From Pelomyxa schiedti (taxonomy: Eukaryota > Protista > Evosea), in the NCBI GenBank assembly GCA_020536535.1, contig JAHLWZ010000823.1, forward strand, positions 44,331 to 108,330: a stretch of DNA of 64,000 nucleotides. Reading direction: 5' to 3'. The notes below the pieces were generated by a model. That model was given only the letters and a program-made list of their open reading frames with translations. It made no database searches and was not told where the DNA came from. Position numbers and translations under genes: made by a program. Of the stretch, positions 38,806 to 50,214 are shown piece after piece. How positions within the stretch are numbered: position 1 is the stretch's first letter; every line of letters starts with the position of its first letter.

Positions 38806-39969
38806 TTAAAAACAAGACAAGTGGAGGTACTGCAAGGCTGCATGACCTTCTGCCACAAAACCTTTGTAACCATTTTCCTCACCCCAGGAAATAGCATCAA
38901 GTGCATACCTTATCCTTGAGATGTGGATTTGCATGGCCCATTCGGCACTACTAAGTCTGATGGGAGTGCCATATCCTCGGGAAAAGGCCTCCATAAGCGC
39001 TGGATCAGACATCCATTCCCATTCAGGGAACCGTGCAAAATCTGTTGCACGCACATCCCAGGCAGAGAACTCGAAGTCCACAACACCCTTCCATGCGCCG
39101 CCCTCATCTAGGAGCCAGTTACATGGGCAGTAATCCCTGTGGCAAGGTGTAGGTTGTTCCCCACAAAACAACATTCTGGCCATTTCAGCAGCACGCCGGG
39201 CAGTATCCTCCTCTTCGGCAGAAAAAGGGCACTTCAAGCGTTGAATGTTAGCGGTTGTCTTGAGAATTTCAGTTGCAATAAACAACCCTGCATCTGGAAT
39301 CCCAACACCAATTCCGCATTCCAAAGAGGCTGGTCCAAAACAAGCACCGGTGGCTGCTGCATGGAACTTGGACAGTGCCTTTCCTGCTTGGAACCACACA
39401 AGTAACTTTGCCTCCCGGCTCAACTCCGCTTTGCTGGCCTGAATTCCACCAATGTCTGTAATCAGAATTACCATTCTTCTCCCATGACCTCCTCCCTTAG
39501 AAGAATCACAGCAGCCGCACGAGCAAATACACCCACCAACTCCAGTCACTTTGTTTGTGGTTTTCAGCAACATGGCTGATTCCACACCCGAAGTTGTGCT
39601 TGTGTTTTCTGAACAATAAGAAGAGGGGCCTCGTGATTTGATGCAAGATTCTGCACAGAATCCCAATGCGGAGATCAACCTAGGAGCCTTGAGTGTTGAT
39701 GACAAATCACCACACATCCACTTGGAGTACACGTGTACTTCGTTGGAAAAGTGCGCCGGGTCTCGGTGCATTTTCAAGTAGTACGAGTTGCGGTTATGGG
39801 AGTCACAATCGCTGCTTGTAGACTGGGGACAAGACACCTTCAGCAGATCGGCCCTGTGTTGGCCTGGAGAGTGCCTCCCTGCGTCGCCATTGTGGGACAG
39901 TTGGACGTGCCCAACACCGAGCACAGAGGAGCACCACGACATCAGACCGTCGTCATCGTTTTCCACCAT
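38806..39969 (-). CDS. Aminoglycoside phosphotransferase / choline kinase-like protein, intronless
   Basis: 'YYLKMH', Brenner-type 'CHRDYCPCNWL', and 'VVDFEFSAWDVRATDFARF'. Confidence 0.85.
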   Translation of the reverse strand: MVENDDDGLMSWCSSVLGVGHVQLSHNGDAGRHSPGQHRADLLKVSCPQSTSSDCDSHNRNSYYLKMHRDPAHFSNEVHVYSKWMCGDLSSTLKAPRLISALGFCAESCIKSRGPSSYCSENTSTTSGVESAMLLKTTNKVTGVGGCICSCGCCDSSKGGGHGRRMVILITDIGGIQASKAELSREAKLLVWFQAGKALSKFHAAATGACFGPASLECGIGVGIPDAGLFIATEILKTTANIQRLKCPFSAEEEDTARRAAEMARMLFCGEQPTPCHRDYCPCNWLLDEGGAWKGVVDFEFSAWDVRATDFARFPEWEWMSDPALMEAFSRGYGTPIRLSSAEWAMQIHISRIRYALDAISWGEENGYKGFVAEGHAALQYLHLSCF

Positions 39970-40019
39970 CGAATCAGCTTAATAATGTCGAGCAGATTTG
40001 AGATTAGAATAGAAAGAAG

Positions 40020-40720
40020 ATGAATGCCACTAGCGCGAGTGTGTCGAGTTTGCCGACGCCGCCGTCTTTGATCGAGTACGACAAGTTGAAGTTCCTCATT
40101 TTCGACGCCCCGTCTGATGAGAACCTAAGCCTTTACGTGCAAGTAGGCTGGATGGCACTTTTGTGCAACTGCAAAATTGCGTCCGGCAGTTGCACGTGGT
40201 TTATTTTTGGTTATTAACACATCGTGTTAGGAATTCAAGAAGTACAATGTAAGGCATGTTGTTCGTGTTTGCGACCCAACGTATGAAGAGGATGCACTGG
40301 CTGCCTACGGATTCATACTGCATGTGTGTTTACTTTCGAATTGTTTGTTGTGGGACTAATGCAGGAAAGGACCTACACTTTACTGAGGGTACTCTTCCGA
40401 ATAATGTGGTGCATCAGTGGCTCTGTCTTGTCAACAAAACTTTCCTTGATGGGAACCCATTTGATGAAACCCTTGGAGTTCACTGTGTGGCTGGCCTTGG
40501 CAGGTAACAACTTTTCACATGCAAAAGAAGCTCAAACACGTTTCTATATAGAGCGCCTGTTCTTGTGGCTTTGGCACTCATTGAACATGGAATGCCTGCA
40601 TTAGCTGCGGTACAATTGATAAGGTCAAAGAGGAGAGGGGCTATCAGCGCAACACAACTACAACTCATAAAGGCATACAAGCCCTCCTACTTATCTAGTC
40701 ATTCCTGTGTGATTTTATAG
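40020..40720 (+). CDS. PTP4A: PRL / PTP4A prenylated protein tyrosine phosphatase
   Basis: 'KFLIFDAPS', 'VVRVCDPTY', '[20 protein letters not shown]', 'RRGAI', C-terminal CaaX CVIL; TAG at 40718-40720. Confidence 0.93.
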
Positions 40721-40799
40721 GAGCACCATTCCCAAATTCCAAGCACACCTCATTTTGATTGTCATTGTAAACTAAGTTAAAAAAAAAAAGGCATAGTCC

Positions 40800-42878
40800 T
40801 TAATACTTCTCCAATGAAAGACGGTACATAACAGAGCCCCCATTGGCAGGTACAGCGTTGGCGGTAATGGAACCGGCAGTTTGCCCGATGTTTCCATGTT
40901 GCCACACATCCCTTACATAAACGGTGGTAGTGCTATCAAAACCGGTTTGTTTCCAACAAGAATCTGGTTGCGTTTTAGTGTTTGGGAGCTGTATAGAAGT
41001 TGTTACCTGAGCATGTGATATCGGCGTCAGTCACCCCTGTATTGACAAAAACGATAGCAAAATCGCCACTCTGTAGAGGTCGTCCCCAAACGTTCTGAGT
41101 TTCAGGAACAGGAGCACTGAGGCAGTACGTGTCCCCGTTTTGAGTAATTGAGAATATACTTGCATCATTCCCGGCTTGGGTTTCTTTCCAGGTTTGGACT
41201 GAAGAAATCGGAGTCTCACACTCTGTAAGGAGGAGGGACCCTGCTGAATCACCAATGGTGAGACAATGCCCATCCATTTGGGAGGTTAGTGCTCCCGTTG
41301 CGGAGTCAAATGTCCATTGCTGGTTCTTCAGCTGTGCACAACAAGTTACGCATGGCCCTGCAACGCATTCGTATCTTTGTGATAATTAAGTAACAGTTTT
41401 ATAACTGGAAAATTACAAAATTACTGGAGATTCTTGACAGTTCGCCATATTAATGCAGAGCTGGTCGTTGTAATTACTAATTGTTCCTTCCATAATATAG
41501 TCCCACACCCACCATTGCGCAGTAGAAGAAGTATTACATGGCTTAACTTTCACATATGTGCCAGCACTGCCCAGGTCATCTCCTTGGAGTCTCCATCCAG
41601 CTTTTCCACCAATGTCCTGGTTGATTGCAATAACTTCTGAATTTGTCCACGTTTCTTCTATGTAACTTCATGAAATAAGGAATCACAATTTGGCATAGTG
41701 AAAAGAAGCAAACGTTGTCATTTTTCGGATATCAGAGCTTATGATCAAGGGAGAGGCTGTTACGGACCACAGATTGAACTGAGTACGCGTTTGGAGCTCA
41801 GTAAGTCTAAGATTGCCCTCTGGGTCATTGTTGAGAAGCATGTCTGGATCTAAAAGTAACAAGAGTTATTTCCTTCGTAGAGATTGTCAAAAAACGCACC
41901 ATTCCATCCCCCAGATCCTGCATATTCATAAACATAACTGAGAATGTCTAAGTTGTCAAGAATCCCAGCCCAATTGGAATCGTCCGGTCCAGTGCGCCAC
42001 ATATTTCCCAGGGAGGCCCCTTCAGGGGCGTACCAATCATACCTATTCATCAGGTAAGTAAGACTGTTTGTTCCATCTTAAGTGTTACCATCCACACAAA
42101 CTGAATAGCATTGGTCTCCCGGTTTCATTGAGTGCGTCTCGCATGAGACCGTACTCGTAAAATGCAGTTTCATGGTCCTGAGAGGCATAACAAGAATCTT
42201 CCTTCACGAAATCCACACCCCAGGAGCTATAAGTCTGAGCATCAATCTACCATGACCGTAAGTTAGAGGTCAGACAATTGGAGTCAACTGTTTCATAGCC
42301 GCCCGATCCTGGTCTTCCAGCACAAGTGTTATTTCCACGATCAGTATACAGCCCAAACTTCAACCCAAGGGAATGAATGTAATCTGCCAGAGACTAGGAA
42401 GACTGTTGAGGGTGATAATAAAATACAAGTTAACTAAGTATATCTTACTTTCATCCCAGAAGGAAAAGTAAGAGGGTCGGCCTGCAAAACGCCATTGGCA
42501 TCTCTTTTAGATATGAAGCAGTCATCCTACCACAAGGGAGTTAACAGAAAGCCAGGTTCCCATCGGGAAGCCACACAAGGTTGACGTAAACATAGCCCAA
42601 TTCAGCCAAACCAGTCTTGACCATTATATCAGCTGATTCCTTCACAATATTCTCGTTCATCAAATATGAGCACTCATACCCATACCACCTTTTTCACCCC
42701 TTACCAAAAACGGAACGTGCTTGGGTTTTTCCAAAAAAAAAAGCACAAGAAAGACATACGTGTTGAAACCCATGGGAGGCGTTAAAGCCAACCCATTATC
42801 AAGCGCACCAACTCCAATACCAAATGTGACAATTGTACTGATCACAGCCAAGACGGCAATGCCTACCCTCTCCATCAT
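40800..42878 (-). CDS. Alpha-galactosidase (GH27) with ricin-B-like lectin insertion
   Basis: '[14 protein letters not shown]', '[10 protein letters not shown]', nucleophile 'VDFVKEDSC', acid/base 'MWRTGPD', 'DPDML'. QxW motifs at about 41150-41330. Confidence 0.92.
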
Positions 42879-42977
42879 AACAGAGATCGGTTGAGTTTAG
42901 GTGAAAACGCCGCTTTACAGTAACGGACAGATAGGAGATAAACCATTTCCCGATTGGAAAATGTTGTAGTTTGCACG

Positions 42978-44173
42978 CTAGAGTCCACAAGAGGCTCTGA
43001 CGAGAGTCTCCAGGAAAGACGCATCCAAACCAGTCTTGTCCTTGGAACTGACTTGGAAGTGAGCTAGCTTGAACATGGAACAGAAGTCCGTGGCCAATTG
43101 CAGGTTCTTGTCAGCCACATCGGGTGCTGTTGGTATCATGTCACATTTGGTGGCCACTAGCGCCTTGACTGGATCGTGTGTATCTAGCATCGAGGGGTAC
43201 TCTTTTGCTGCAGAGTTGTCGGGCAGTGTTGAAAATTCTGCTGCGATGCTACCTGCTCTTTCAATGGCATTTTGTGCAGACCCTGCATCCCCAACAGAAT
43301 AGAGTATCACAAAGATGGTGTATATCTGTTTTTTTTTATTGATCACCAGGTGAAATAAAAAAGAAGGGCCGAATTGGCATTGAGATACCTTCTTTAGGTA
43401 TCCGTCGACATTAGAATAGGCAGTATGACCAAACCTGAACCAGTGTTGGATTCTTAAAAGGGAGGCAGGCTAATACCGAGAGTTCAGACAACCTAAATCG
43501 CTTGTGCAGGGTGATCCATAACTGTTTGATGTAACCTCAATCTTGGGTGTGTCCCTCAGTGTGACCTTCACACCAAGAATTTCCACAGGTTTCTCCAGCT
43601 CCCCTATTATTCTCCATTGATCTGACCCGTCAGTTGTTGGCCAGTAAGAGTACACCTTTCTTATTGTGGTTATTGGGATTGATCAATTGTTGTACCTACG
43701 GGTCTTCATGGGGTATATACTTCACAAATGAATCCACCCTAGTGGGTCTGTACATTATGCATGTTAGAGAATAGTGAACGAACAAGGATCAACCAGTAAG
43801 AACAAAAACATTGATGGAATGGTACTCTTGACTGTGCAGAAAGGTGTCACCAGTGAGGACTCTCACTAAGGAAGTAGCGCCATAGGAATTCTCACAACTA
43901 TCAAACACAATACACAGCTCTGTAACCTTCGTTCTGTGTAACAAACATGTACCCCGAAAAAAAAAAAAAACAAGAACAGAACAAACCATTTAGAAACAAT
44001 AGAACTGTGTGCATTTGAGGAAAGGCTAACCCCGGAGGAGGTGCATAACGAACACCACTTGTTGGCGTTGACGGAGCTGTTTCTATACTATTGGAAGCTG
44101 TTTTTGGTGGGGGTTTTCGTTTCGCTCTGTTTTTCTTGCTGTGTCGGTTGCTGCTCGATTCCCCTTGTCCCAT
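42978..44173 (-). CDS. Highly divergent Ras-superfamily-like protein with defective P-loop
   Basis: G4 'LVATKCD', G5 'VSSK' and 'FVILYSV' are recognisable. G1 reads 'DSCENSYGATS', G3 reads 'RDTPK', and the N-terminus is MGQGES. Confidence 0.65.
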
Positions 44174-44235
44174 TTTGGCTCTCTGAAATAGAAAAGAATT
44201 GATGAAGAAACGAAAAATTTTTGGGTTGGACGGGT

Positions 44236-47200
44236 TCAATGGTTATTTAAAATCTGCCTCAGCCTGGCTTCACGTGCCTTGGCCCTCTGTTGTGTGTTGG
44301 TATTCTGAAGGAAGTGGAAAGGAAGTAAGGGAAAAACCTGTTCTGTCTCAATTCTTAAAGCCTCTTCTTCAGCCTGTAACCGGGCCATTTCAGCTTCGCG
44401 TTGTCTGCGGCGCTATGAAGGGGATTGGTGTGGTGGAAAAATGGTAAACTGGCATACTGCTTGCATGGCATCCACTACTTCATTTGCAGTAATTGGCTTC
44501 AACTGTGATAAATTAATCAGATGATTAACTGGCAGCATTATGGTGCGGTTTACCTCGGTTGTTTTTCGGGCAGTTTCTGCTTGAACTTTCTCCTCTGCTT
44601 TACGCTTCTCTTCTGCCAAACGACGTTCCTCTTCGGCTTTTTTGGCTTCAGCCACACGTTTTTCTTCGTCCACTCTTTTAGCTTCGGCAGCACGAATTGC
44701 TTCTTCCTGCAATGATTTGGAAACGAAGTTTGGATTATAAATGCCATCTTACCTCTTCTAGAAGGGCCCGCCTTTGCTCCTCTCTGCGTGCAAGAATCAT
44801 ATCCCTGGTACTCAGCCCTCTGGATGCTTCCTTGAATTATGTTACCCTCAGGAACTAAAACGACCACGTTACCTCTTTCCTTCTTGCAGATTCCTTTGCC
44901 AGTTCAATAGAACGTTTCAGGGAATCGCCTTCTCTCTCTTAGGCAAGGTTAAAGGAACTTTGTGTAATGAAAGAGAGGAGTACCCAATCTTTCTTTCTCT
45001 GCCATATACACTTTTGGATCTGTTCGTGTGGAGGATGGTGCTGTGGTACGTGGAGGTGAGCGTTCCAAGTGAACTGTGGTGGGGTGTGGAGTCTCAACAA
45101 CGGCCGTTGTGGTCTCTGTTATCTGGGGCAAGACTGGTTCAGCTGAAACTTGTTTGACGGGAATTGGTTCTGCAGGAGCAATTTTGCTGTAGTGGAGAGT
45201 TAGTGGAGAAAGAGGGTGAAATGGGAAAACACTGTGCAATTGGAGTAAGGTCTTCCTGGAGAATTTATGTTAATAGCACTTGAGGAACACAGAGATTTGC
45301 CTTGGAGGGGGTAACTTCTGCTCTTGGCCGTGCTTCTATTTTCGATGGCACTGGTTCTATTCTTGGTAGGATATGTTCTACTATTGACGGTGCTTCTTCT
45401 GTTATTGACGGTGCTTCTTCTGCACTTGTCTGCTTTTGGTCCTCTTCCATTTGGCGCTTCATCTCTTCATAATACTGTTTCTCTTCTTCCTGAACGTGAC
45501 TTGTCACTACTAAAATACAACAAAAATCCAGGCACCTCTCGTGCTTTGAGCTCCAGCTCTCGTTCGCGCTTAGCTTTGGCTAGCTCTTCTGCAAGCCATC
45601 TTTCATGAGCTTCTTTTTCATGTTTTTTCCTTAGTTCTTCTGCTTGCCTCCTACTCATAATATGACACTTGTCAAACCAAGAAAAATTACCGTTCTTCCT
45701 CTGACTTCTGGAACTGAGCAATCTGAGCGAGTCTTTCAGCTTTTTCCCTTTCAAGTCTTTCAAGCCGCTCCTGCTCTTCCCTTTTCCATCTGCGTTCTTT
45801 TTCCTCCTCAGTCTCCTCGGTGGGATTTCTAGAAGTGCTTGGAGCAGTAGAAACGCTTTGGCTTGGACTCTCTGAAGACGGTGACTCATCCTCATCTACA
45901 CTTTTGGACTGAGCTATCCGACTGAGAATAGTATCGCGAGTGCTAGCATGGTTTTGCTATCGGTGTGAGAGCCAATAAAGTACCAGAAGGACAGTACCTG
46001 CTGAGCACTTTCTACAGTAAGTTGCCGACAGCGTAGAAGGCGTTCTGCAGCGTCTTTCTCAGCTTCTTTATGTTAACTATCTCTCTCGGAGGGGGAACAG
46101 ATGAATACCTGCTTTCTGAGCAAGGTAGGCAGCAGTGGAAGGTTGGATGTGTCGGGGCCCTGCTCTGGGCTTTGACAGTGATTCGACAAATGCTACTGCG
46201 GACTCATCAGGCTCCTCTCTAAATCTGTAGCAAAGTTAGGTTCAATTCAAAGGTTTCGTTTTACCTGTTTGTAGTTGTATTGATGTGAGTGGTTTCTTGT
46301 TTTCGAATCTCAGGCTGAAGTTCCGGCTCAGTGGGCGACGAATGAACACTATTTATTGCAGGATTGTCTATGTGTTTTTGTTCAGCCTGTTATTTGTATA
46401 CGTATTTAAGCTTGGCTTTATTTTTTATGTCCTTCCCCAATACCTCTTGCACCACTCTTGGTTCATCTGATCCGAGTTCCTTCCTGCAGGAACAAAGGAG
46501 AGGGTTAAGGGAGAGATATACAAAGCAGCTCACTTGGGTGGGGCATTTGATGGAATGTATGCTTCCGAGGTAACAGCTACAGTGTCAATGGTACTGCTTT
46601 GTTGGGAGAAGATAGGTGTCGGAGTCAAAGTTGTGGCTGTGATTGGAATCGGTGTAAATTCTGGTATTTTGAGTTCCTCCTGGAAACTGATTAATGCCAC
46701 AGGAAAATTTAAGAGGTGCTACAATAGGAGTATTAGGAGAAGCCAAAGGTTGTCGATTTCTCCTGGCGGCAAGGCTTTCTTCCATTCTTCTCATTTCCTC
46801 TTGTAGGCGTTGGTTTTCAGCTTCCTGAAAGAAAGGGAAGTATTACAATAAAAAAAAAAATAGAAACGGAGCAAACTCGTTCCGCTTGGCGCTGCGCTTC
46901 TCTCTCGCGCTTTGCCTTGGCTAGCTCTTCAGCCAACCACTTCTGGTGGTCCTCTGCTTCCTGCTTTTTCCGCAATGCCTCAGCTTGCCTCCTTTGGTTT
47001 TCCCAATAAACAAAAGGGAGGGAATTTGAAATATACTTGGCTTCTTCCTCCTTCTGGTATTTTATTCTTTCTGCTAATTGCTCAGCTTTTTCCCTTTCGC
47101 GTTTGGCAACTCTCTCATCTTCTTCACGTTGCCAGCGGGCTTCTTTCTCTTCCAATGTTTCTTCACGACTGATACCATTCTGTGAAGTTGTGTGGTTCGG

Positions 47201-48120
47201 TCGATCTTTGGACAGAATTGGTTCCCGAGAATTTGCCTATAAAACATCACAAAGAAAGGAATTTAGAGGCTTTACCCTTTCAAGGGATTCCACATATTTG
47301 GCTGCTCTTTCCTGTTCCTCTCTGAATAGTGAGAAATTTGAAATGGTTTTTCTATGAAGCACCTGCGAGCACGTTCTTCAGCTTCGAGTCTTTGAGTTTG
47401 GAGAGCTGGCGAAGTTGTGGTTTCAATCTCGGATAAAGTGAGATATTCATTTTCCCTTCGAGCTATGATTGCTTCATGAGCACCTCCCACATGTTTAATA
47501 CCATAAGCACTTGCCAATCTCAATCTTTCTTCTTCCTGAATTCTCTTGAACAGAAAGTGCATTAATTTGTAACCTACCTCTTTTTTTCTTTTTGCTTCCC
47601 TTGCCTGCTCCCGTGCTCGAAGAAGTCTGTCCCCAGACTCCTTTTCTGAGAAAATGTCACCACTGTGGAGTGTGAAAACTGGCGCACCTGTTCTTTCCCT
47701 TTCTAAGACTACTTGTCTTTCAGCAGGAACACGTTGTTCAGTTTTAGCTCCACCAGTTGTCCTTGTTTTGGAAATTACTGCCTCGATTCTGTTTGCTCGT
47801 TCCTCTTCTCTGACGATTTGCCGGTTGCTGAATGTGCCAAGTTAAGCAAAAATTAAGTGTTTTACACAGGTCAGTAAGTACTTGGTAACACGCTGGCTGG
47901 TTGACACGGACTTATTGCCCTGCCATCCGTGGTTAAGGTGTCACTTTGTTGATCACAAATTAAAAAAAAAGGCTGGCGTACTTGCTGGGCTCTCAACCAC
48001 TTGAGGCTGGTCTGCACGGTTTCTAGTAGCTCCTCCAACTCTTGTTCAGTCTTTCCCACGAGCTTCACAGACGTAAATGTTGGTGTTGTGAGGAACCTCT
48101 ACCTCTTCGTCGTCGTCCAT
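44236..48120 (-). CDS. Large Glu/Arg/Lys-rich coiled-coil protein with internal repeats
   Basis: ATG at 48120 (MDDDEE|LVGKTEQ) and many short exons. Duplicated 'RRQAE.LRKK.E.E.H..WLAEELAKAKRERE' at about 45540-45650 and 46890-47000. TGA at 44236-44238. Confidence 0.65.
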
Positions 48121-48285
48121 TCGTATCCGAAATTTGCTGTTTTTTTTCTTTTTAATTTGTTCGATCAAACTCGCTGTATTTTTTGTTTGTTGGTGCCGGG
48201 TCTGCGCCACAATTCCAAGGGCAAAAAAAATTTTCCAACTCGAAGGGGGAATTTATATGAGGTTGTGTTTCACTACGCTGTTGTA

Positions 48286-50060
48286 TTAAAAACCTTGATC
48301 CACAGCAAGCACTGGCAGAGTACCAGCTAGTTTGGCTGCCATGAACTCCCTCATGGCATCAAGTGTGAGTGCGGCACCCTTTTTCTCACACAGGTACCAG
48401 GAGTCTTGTGGAAGGTCCAGAATGAGAAGTTTCTCCTCGAAGACATCACCCTCGGCTGAGTTGGTTTGTTAGATTAAGACTACTCCAGAGATGGAGGAGA
48501 GGAACCGAGGCTGATGAGTGATCGAATCTGTAGCCCCACTGTGGACTCGGCATCAGCAAGGTAGAAACGAAGGGTTCCATTTCTCGCCTTTTCTTCTTCA
48601 GCAATTACATTCTGAAAAGGGCATAAGACGAAAAGTAATAAACGTTACGAGCGCACCAAATCGTGGCGCAGCACTGCAATACGTTCGGGAGTTGCCCGTT
48701 CGGCAAAAAGCAGACCTATAGCAGTAGCTTCAGCACCGCGTATCTTCCCAATTGATTTCACCAACTGAGGGACCCACGGGAAACGGGCACCTTCTGGGTC
48801 GTCCTGAGGAGGGGTAAACATGATTGTCTTGAAGAAAAAGTAGTGCTGAGACCTCGACATCATCGCGGGTTTCAGTGGAAACAAGCTTTCCAGTGGGATC
48901 CATCAAAACAAGTGTAGGAATGCCACGTACTCCAAATTCACTGCTTATAGCCCTGTTCGTTTTCCTTTTTTTCGCGGTTAACACCTATTCAACACGAGAT
49001 TCATACATGTCCGTATACGGTAAAGCCAGCCAAGGCATCTCACCCCAGTATGTCATGAAATCAGCCTCTGACCTATCTGAAGAGACAAAAACTATTTCAA
49101 ATTCTTTACCAGCAGACTATAAAAGAAACCATGAGATTGAAACAGCAAGATAAGGTACCTTCAACTGATTGTAGGTATGAACTAATTTCGGAGTGAAGTG
49201 GTGGCACGGCCCACACCAGGAGCCAGAAAAATAGAAAGCGTGATATTTACCCTATAGTTTGGCGTCAGAAGTAGAAGAGGAAAAAGGGAACTCACCAATA
49301 AGGAAGAACCTGGAACGTGAGCCAGTGACTTGTTGATGAAATTACAGCCACCAGTGTGTGTGGTGCTACTCCCATAAATGGATTCTGCAAAAGGTACCTT
49401 GACCCATGGGAATTGGGAGGCACTCGGGTCATCCTCGACAGACATGCGTGCATCGGTCGAGAGTACATTGCCAGCTTGGTCAAGGAGAACAAGGGTTGGA
49501 ATTCCTTCAACTGAACGAAAATTAAACCATACTGACAGTAGTAATATGTTTCCATACCCTGTAAAGCATCAGAAAGAAGGGCCCTAGTTTCTTCCTCAGC
49601 ATAAGGAATAGCGATCCACGGCATCGAGTTTATGTATTCCTGGAAGTCGTGTTCACTGCGATCTGAAGAGATAAATACGATCTAGAGAACTTTATTAGCA
49701 TGAAAAAGAAGGCCTCACGAGCCAACACCACAAAGAAAAAATCCAATCACAGGGTGGAATTGCCTCGAAATTCTTGGATGCAGCAAATTTGTTGTAAAAG
49801 GTTGCCAGTTTTGGTGTGAATCCTCTGCATGGAGGACACCTGGCAGTGGAATCATTAAGTCCTTGTGTTTAAAAAAACGCAGTACGAAGAGGGGCTAAAA
49901 AAACAGCTTGGTACCAGTGAGCAGAGAAGTACAGGAACACGAAGGCTTTGTCCTCCAATGTTCCGGCGGCAGGTGTGGGTCTCCCAGATCCGGCAACAAA
50001 AGTGCCACCCAACATCGCCAGCGGAATGCACGTAGTGTCGTTGCTTGACGTAGCTGCCAT
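48286..50060 (-). CDS. NXN: Nucleoredoxin / tryparedoxin-like multi-thioredoxin protein
   Basis: '[18 protein letters not shown]', '[18 protein letters not shown]', 'MPWIAIPY' and 'GVRGIPTLV'; a third domain lacks CxxC. Confidence 0.9.
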
Positions 50061-50214
50061 TTGTCTCGTAGTGGTGCCAAATGAGATCTGACTTTTTATG
50101 TTTGTTTGCGTTTTTTTGTTCCTTCTTTTTGCTTCTGTCCGTTGACAGGCGAAAAAAAATAAATCAAAAAAACAGGGAATTCATACTCTGGGTTCGTGAA
50201 CGTCAACAGGAATT

